64,000 nt of DNA from Antechinus flavipes (lineage: Eukaryota), in NCBI RefSeq assembly GCF_016432865.1, contig NC_067404.1, forward strand, positions 54,002,001 through 54,066,000, in the 5' to 3' direction. Positions 61,169-64,000 of this stretch are shown in pieces. A program made the translations under genes and the position numbers. The notes below the pieces were generated by a model. The model worked only from the letters and a program-made list of their open reading frames with translations. It was not told the origin of the DNA and ran no database searches. Within the stretch, counting starts at the first letter, position 1. Each line of letters begins with the position of its first letter.

Positions 61169-61329
61169 CTGCTCAAGAAGCCAGAAAGAGGAGATGAAAA
61201 AGAATTGGAAAAAAGGGAAAAATCCAAGAGATTGGACAAAGAGAATCTGAATGAGGAAAAAACCAATGGGCAGAGTAGTGCGGCCGCCAAGCGTTCTGAT
61301 GGGGAGTCGAAAGAAGAGAAAGCCAAGAA
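61169..61329 (+). CDS. UPF3B: UPF3B exon (161 nt; equivalent to human exon 9)
   Basis: ttcaag|LLKKPERGDEKELEKREKSKRLDKENLNEEK...KEEKAK(K)|gttagt. Confidence 0.95.
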
Positions 61330-61727
61330 GTTAGTATTCTAGGGCTCACCAGCATGTCTCCTTTAGGCTTGTCTCTGCAGCGTTGAACTGAATTCTCCAA
61401 ACAGTTAAGTGGCTCCTATATGCAGGGGTGCTATTGGCATTGGTTGCTCTGTCCTGGCTTTGCCGCTGAATGAAGATCAGCTACTGTTTCTGATCAGATG
61501 GTGGGGAGGAGGGTCCAAAATGCTCCTTGTCGTGCGTCTCTGGGCAGCTTTCCAGAGGAGCTTGAACAAACGGAGGGTTACACGATGTGACCGGTTACAG
61601 CACGCTCTTAGGGCCTTTTTTTTTCTAGGTAGCTTCATTTCGATAGCCACGTCGAAAGCACAGTCTGTCTTTCCCTTGTGGTGCCTAGAACACTGAGGGT
61701 TCATTCTCAGATTTGTTTTCCATGCAG

Positions 61728-62037
61728 ATCTGAAGATGAGGGTGGCAAAGACCACAGGGAGAGGGACAAGGACTATGAAAGAGACAAGGAGCGAGAGAGG
61801 CAGCAGCGAGAGAAGGAGAAACTGAGGCGGCAGGAAGAAGACAAAAGGAGACAAAAGGAACGCTTTGAGAAGGAGAAGACCTTTAGAAGAAAAGAAGAAG
61901 AAATGAAAAAGGAAAGAGATCTACTTAGGGACAAAGGAAAGAGGAGTGATGGTACAGATTTAATAGGCAACTCAGACAGGATGACCAAAGAGGACAGAAA
62001 AGAAGATGCAGCGAAAAGAGATCGCATAAGAAACAAG
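61728..62037 (+). CDS. UPF3B: UPF3B exon (310 nt; equivalent to human exon 10)
   Basis: atgcag|(K)SEDEGGKDHRERDKDYERDK...KRDRIRNK|gtgcta. Confidence 0.95.
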
Positions 62038-63157
62038 GTGCTATTTTTCTTTAAATTTCTTTATTTTCATAAGGTGGTTTGGTGGTTTTAAAAAAAAACA
62101 TACACTAGACATTAGAAAATTAGCTTGTCACTTGTTCTCTTGAGACCCGAGTTTCTCCATGGTCACTTTGTAAACAGCTTATCCACAGCCTGCATTGACA
62201 AGGAAAGCTAAGTTAGGTTGGTGAAATCTAAAATGGGAAGAGCCTTCTTGGGATTGAAATTTCCCTAGAAATTAAACAAAGCTACTAAAAAACCTTGGAT
62301 ACTGAGATTTCAGGTGGATGGTTTTTAGAGCAAAATTTTATCTTCTAGCACAAACTCCTTGAAACATTAACAGGGCGCTCATCTGGCCACCTCCTTTTGA
62401 AGTACTGCTGGAATGTGCCAAAGGAGTGATGCTGCCTGTGCTAACTTTGATTCTATCACTCAGAGAGGGGTTACAAGAACTGGCTTTTGGAGCTGTCCAG
62501 TGGAAAAGGGTTCCTGGAGGGGGACTTAGTATGAGAGCTGTTGTCAGGTATTTGAAGGGTTGCTGTATGGCCTCAGAGAACTGGAGGAGGAGTGTTAGTG
62601 GGGGTGGAGCCAGGTCAATTTTGCCTCGGTGTCAGGGGAAAAAAATCCTAATGGTGAGAGCTGTGGAAGGGGCTACTTTGGAAAGTAGTGAGTGTCTTGT
62701 CACTGGTGATTTTAAAGTAGAGATAGATTGCTTTCTTGTTAAAGATAGTGTAGGAGTTCTTTCTCAGGTAAGATTAAGCTAGATGGCCTCGGCGGGGCCC
62801 CCTAGCAACTCTCAGATTATATACTTGAATTAAATTTCTGATGATCAAATTAAGTCACGAAGCAAACATATTGTACCAAATGGCTTTATCGAATCTTGAG
62901 TTCCAACATGCGGCGGGCACAGAGCCTCTCATCTAGTTGTTACTTTGTTGACCTCTGGTCTTGCGAGTTGTGTTTTAACAGGGTTATTTACAGGAAAATG
63001 AGATCTTGACGTCAGGCTAGGTCAGTGCTAGGCAGAGTTCCCCTGTTTGGTTTTTCTAATTCTTAAAAATGAGCTCTTGGAAGGGTCATATGCATTGAAA
63101 GAAATTTTTGATTTTGTCTTTTCCTCTTCTAAAACTGCCTGCTAAAAGATTGTGGAT

Positions 63158-63187
63158 TGTTTTGTTTTTGTTTTTGTTTTTGTTTTT
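63158..63187. repeat. (TTTTTG)n microsatellite
   Basis: About five copies. Confidence 0.85.
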
Positions 63188-63579
63188 AATTCTAGCTGGA
63201 ATGAGGTAGGTGATGGGGGTAGTTCCCAAACTGAATATTTTAGATTGGTTGACTTCATTTTCAAATGGTCCTGAAATTTGGACAGATGATCTGGAACTTG
63301 TACGTGTGTGCATGTGTCTTGGGTAGCTAGGGATGCACTGTAGTGCTTGGGGAAATGATCTCTCATTTTGAATTTTGCAAACAGAATCCTAGTCGAGGTT
63401 GACTATTGGACCATGCACTCCAATTTGGGCTTCTGGGAAGTCTGCAGTCCGGCGCCACTGAAGTTTTACTACCACTGACAACTATATGGTGCTTAGGACG
63501 TTCAAAATGCTACGACAAGGGCCAGAAGCAACTTGCAGGTCAAGTGCAGCCCACTAATGCGTCTCACACTTCTCTTTAG

Positions 63580-63720
63580 GACCGCCCAGCAATGCAACTC
63601 TACCAGCCAGGTGCCCGGAGCCGGAACCGCCTGGGACCCTATGAAGACAGCCCTTTGAAATCTGCAGAGCCAGCTCCAGATAAAAAGCAAGAGAATGAGA
63701 GTAGGAAAGAAGAGGAATGA
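63580..63720 (+). CDS. UPF3B: UPF3B last coding exon with the EJC-binding motif
   Basis: ctttag|DRPAMQLYQPGARSRNRLGPYEDSPLKSAEPAPDKKQENESRKEEE*. Ten exons sum to 1641 nt = 546 aa + stop. Confidence 0.96.
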   Translation, partial: DRPAMQLYQPGARSRNRLGPYEDSPLKSAEPAPDKKQENESRKEEE

Positions 63721-64000
63721 TGGGCCCAGATAGTTCACTGTTCTGACTGTGCCAAAGAGCAGGAATCAAGCAGTCTAGCAGTGCCTTCAAAAAAGAAGGA
63801 ATAGAGAGAGTATCTCAGAGGGTCCAGGTGCTGGTGGGCTACCTTTCAGATGAGCATTGGGGGGGGGGGCAAACGCGGAAATCTTTGTTCAAGAGGCTAA
63901 ATTTGAGGCGATTCTTATCTATGCAGCTATTGGAATTTTTTTTTTTAGGGTTTTCAGATAACAGTGAGGAAAATGATTTGAGGTTTACTTGATTTGAGGT

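Noticed and set aside
47800-63500. Intronic snoRNA, miRNA or tRNA genes in UPF3B
   Set aside because: No paired C/D boxes with a terminal stem, H/ACA double hairpin or tRNA cloverleaf were found. The short hairpin near 60680-60710 is too weak.

Overview
Vertebrate genomic DNA, almost certainly marsupial and probably dasyurid-like, judged from WSINE1/MAR1-type SINEs and marsupial-type L1 3' ends. It covers the therian X-linked block (NKAP)-AKAP14-NDUFA1-RNF113A-UPF3B. I reconstructed four genes exon by exon, all with GT-AG junctions and continuous frames: AKAP14 (minus, 5 coding exons, 166 aa), NDUFA1 (minus, 3 exons, 73 aa), intronless RNF113A (plus, 351 aa, head-to-head with NDUFA1) and UPF3B (plus, 10 coding exons, 546 aa, long Ala/Pro-Ala N-terminal repeat). 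The largest unexplained feature is a ~12-kb complex tandem array (~30.9-43.0 kb) that starts ~100 bp after the RNF113A poly(A) signal. It has three cassette types (53 bp, 42 bp and an A-tract cassette), ~1-kb and ~2-kb higher-order structure, strong G/C strand asymmetry and almost no CpG. Smaller observations are dyad-rich minisatellites, a solo LTR with a 6-bp TSD, very long AG-exclusion zones in AKAP14, two candidate uORFs and a candidate microexon in UPF3B. Gene models are well supported. Functional ideas about the repeats are inference. Unit counts and most transposon boundaries were read by eye and are approximate.
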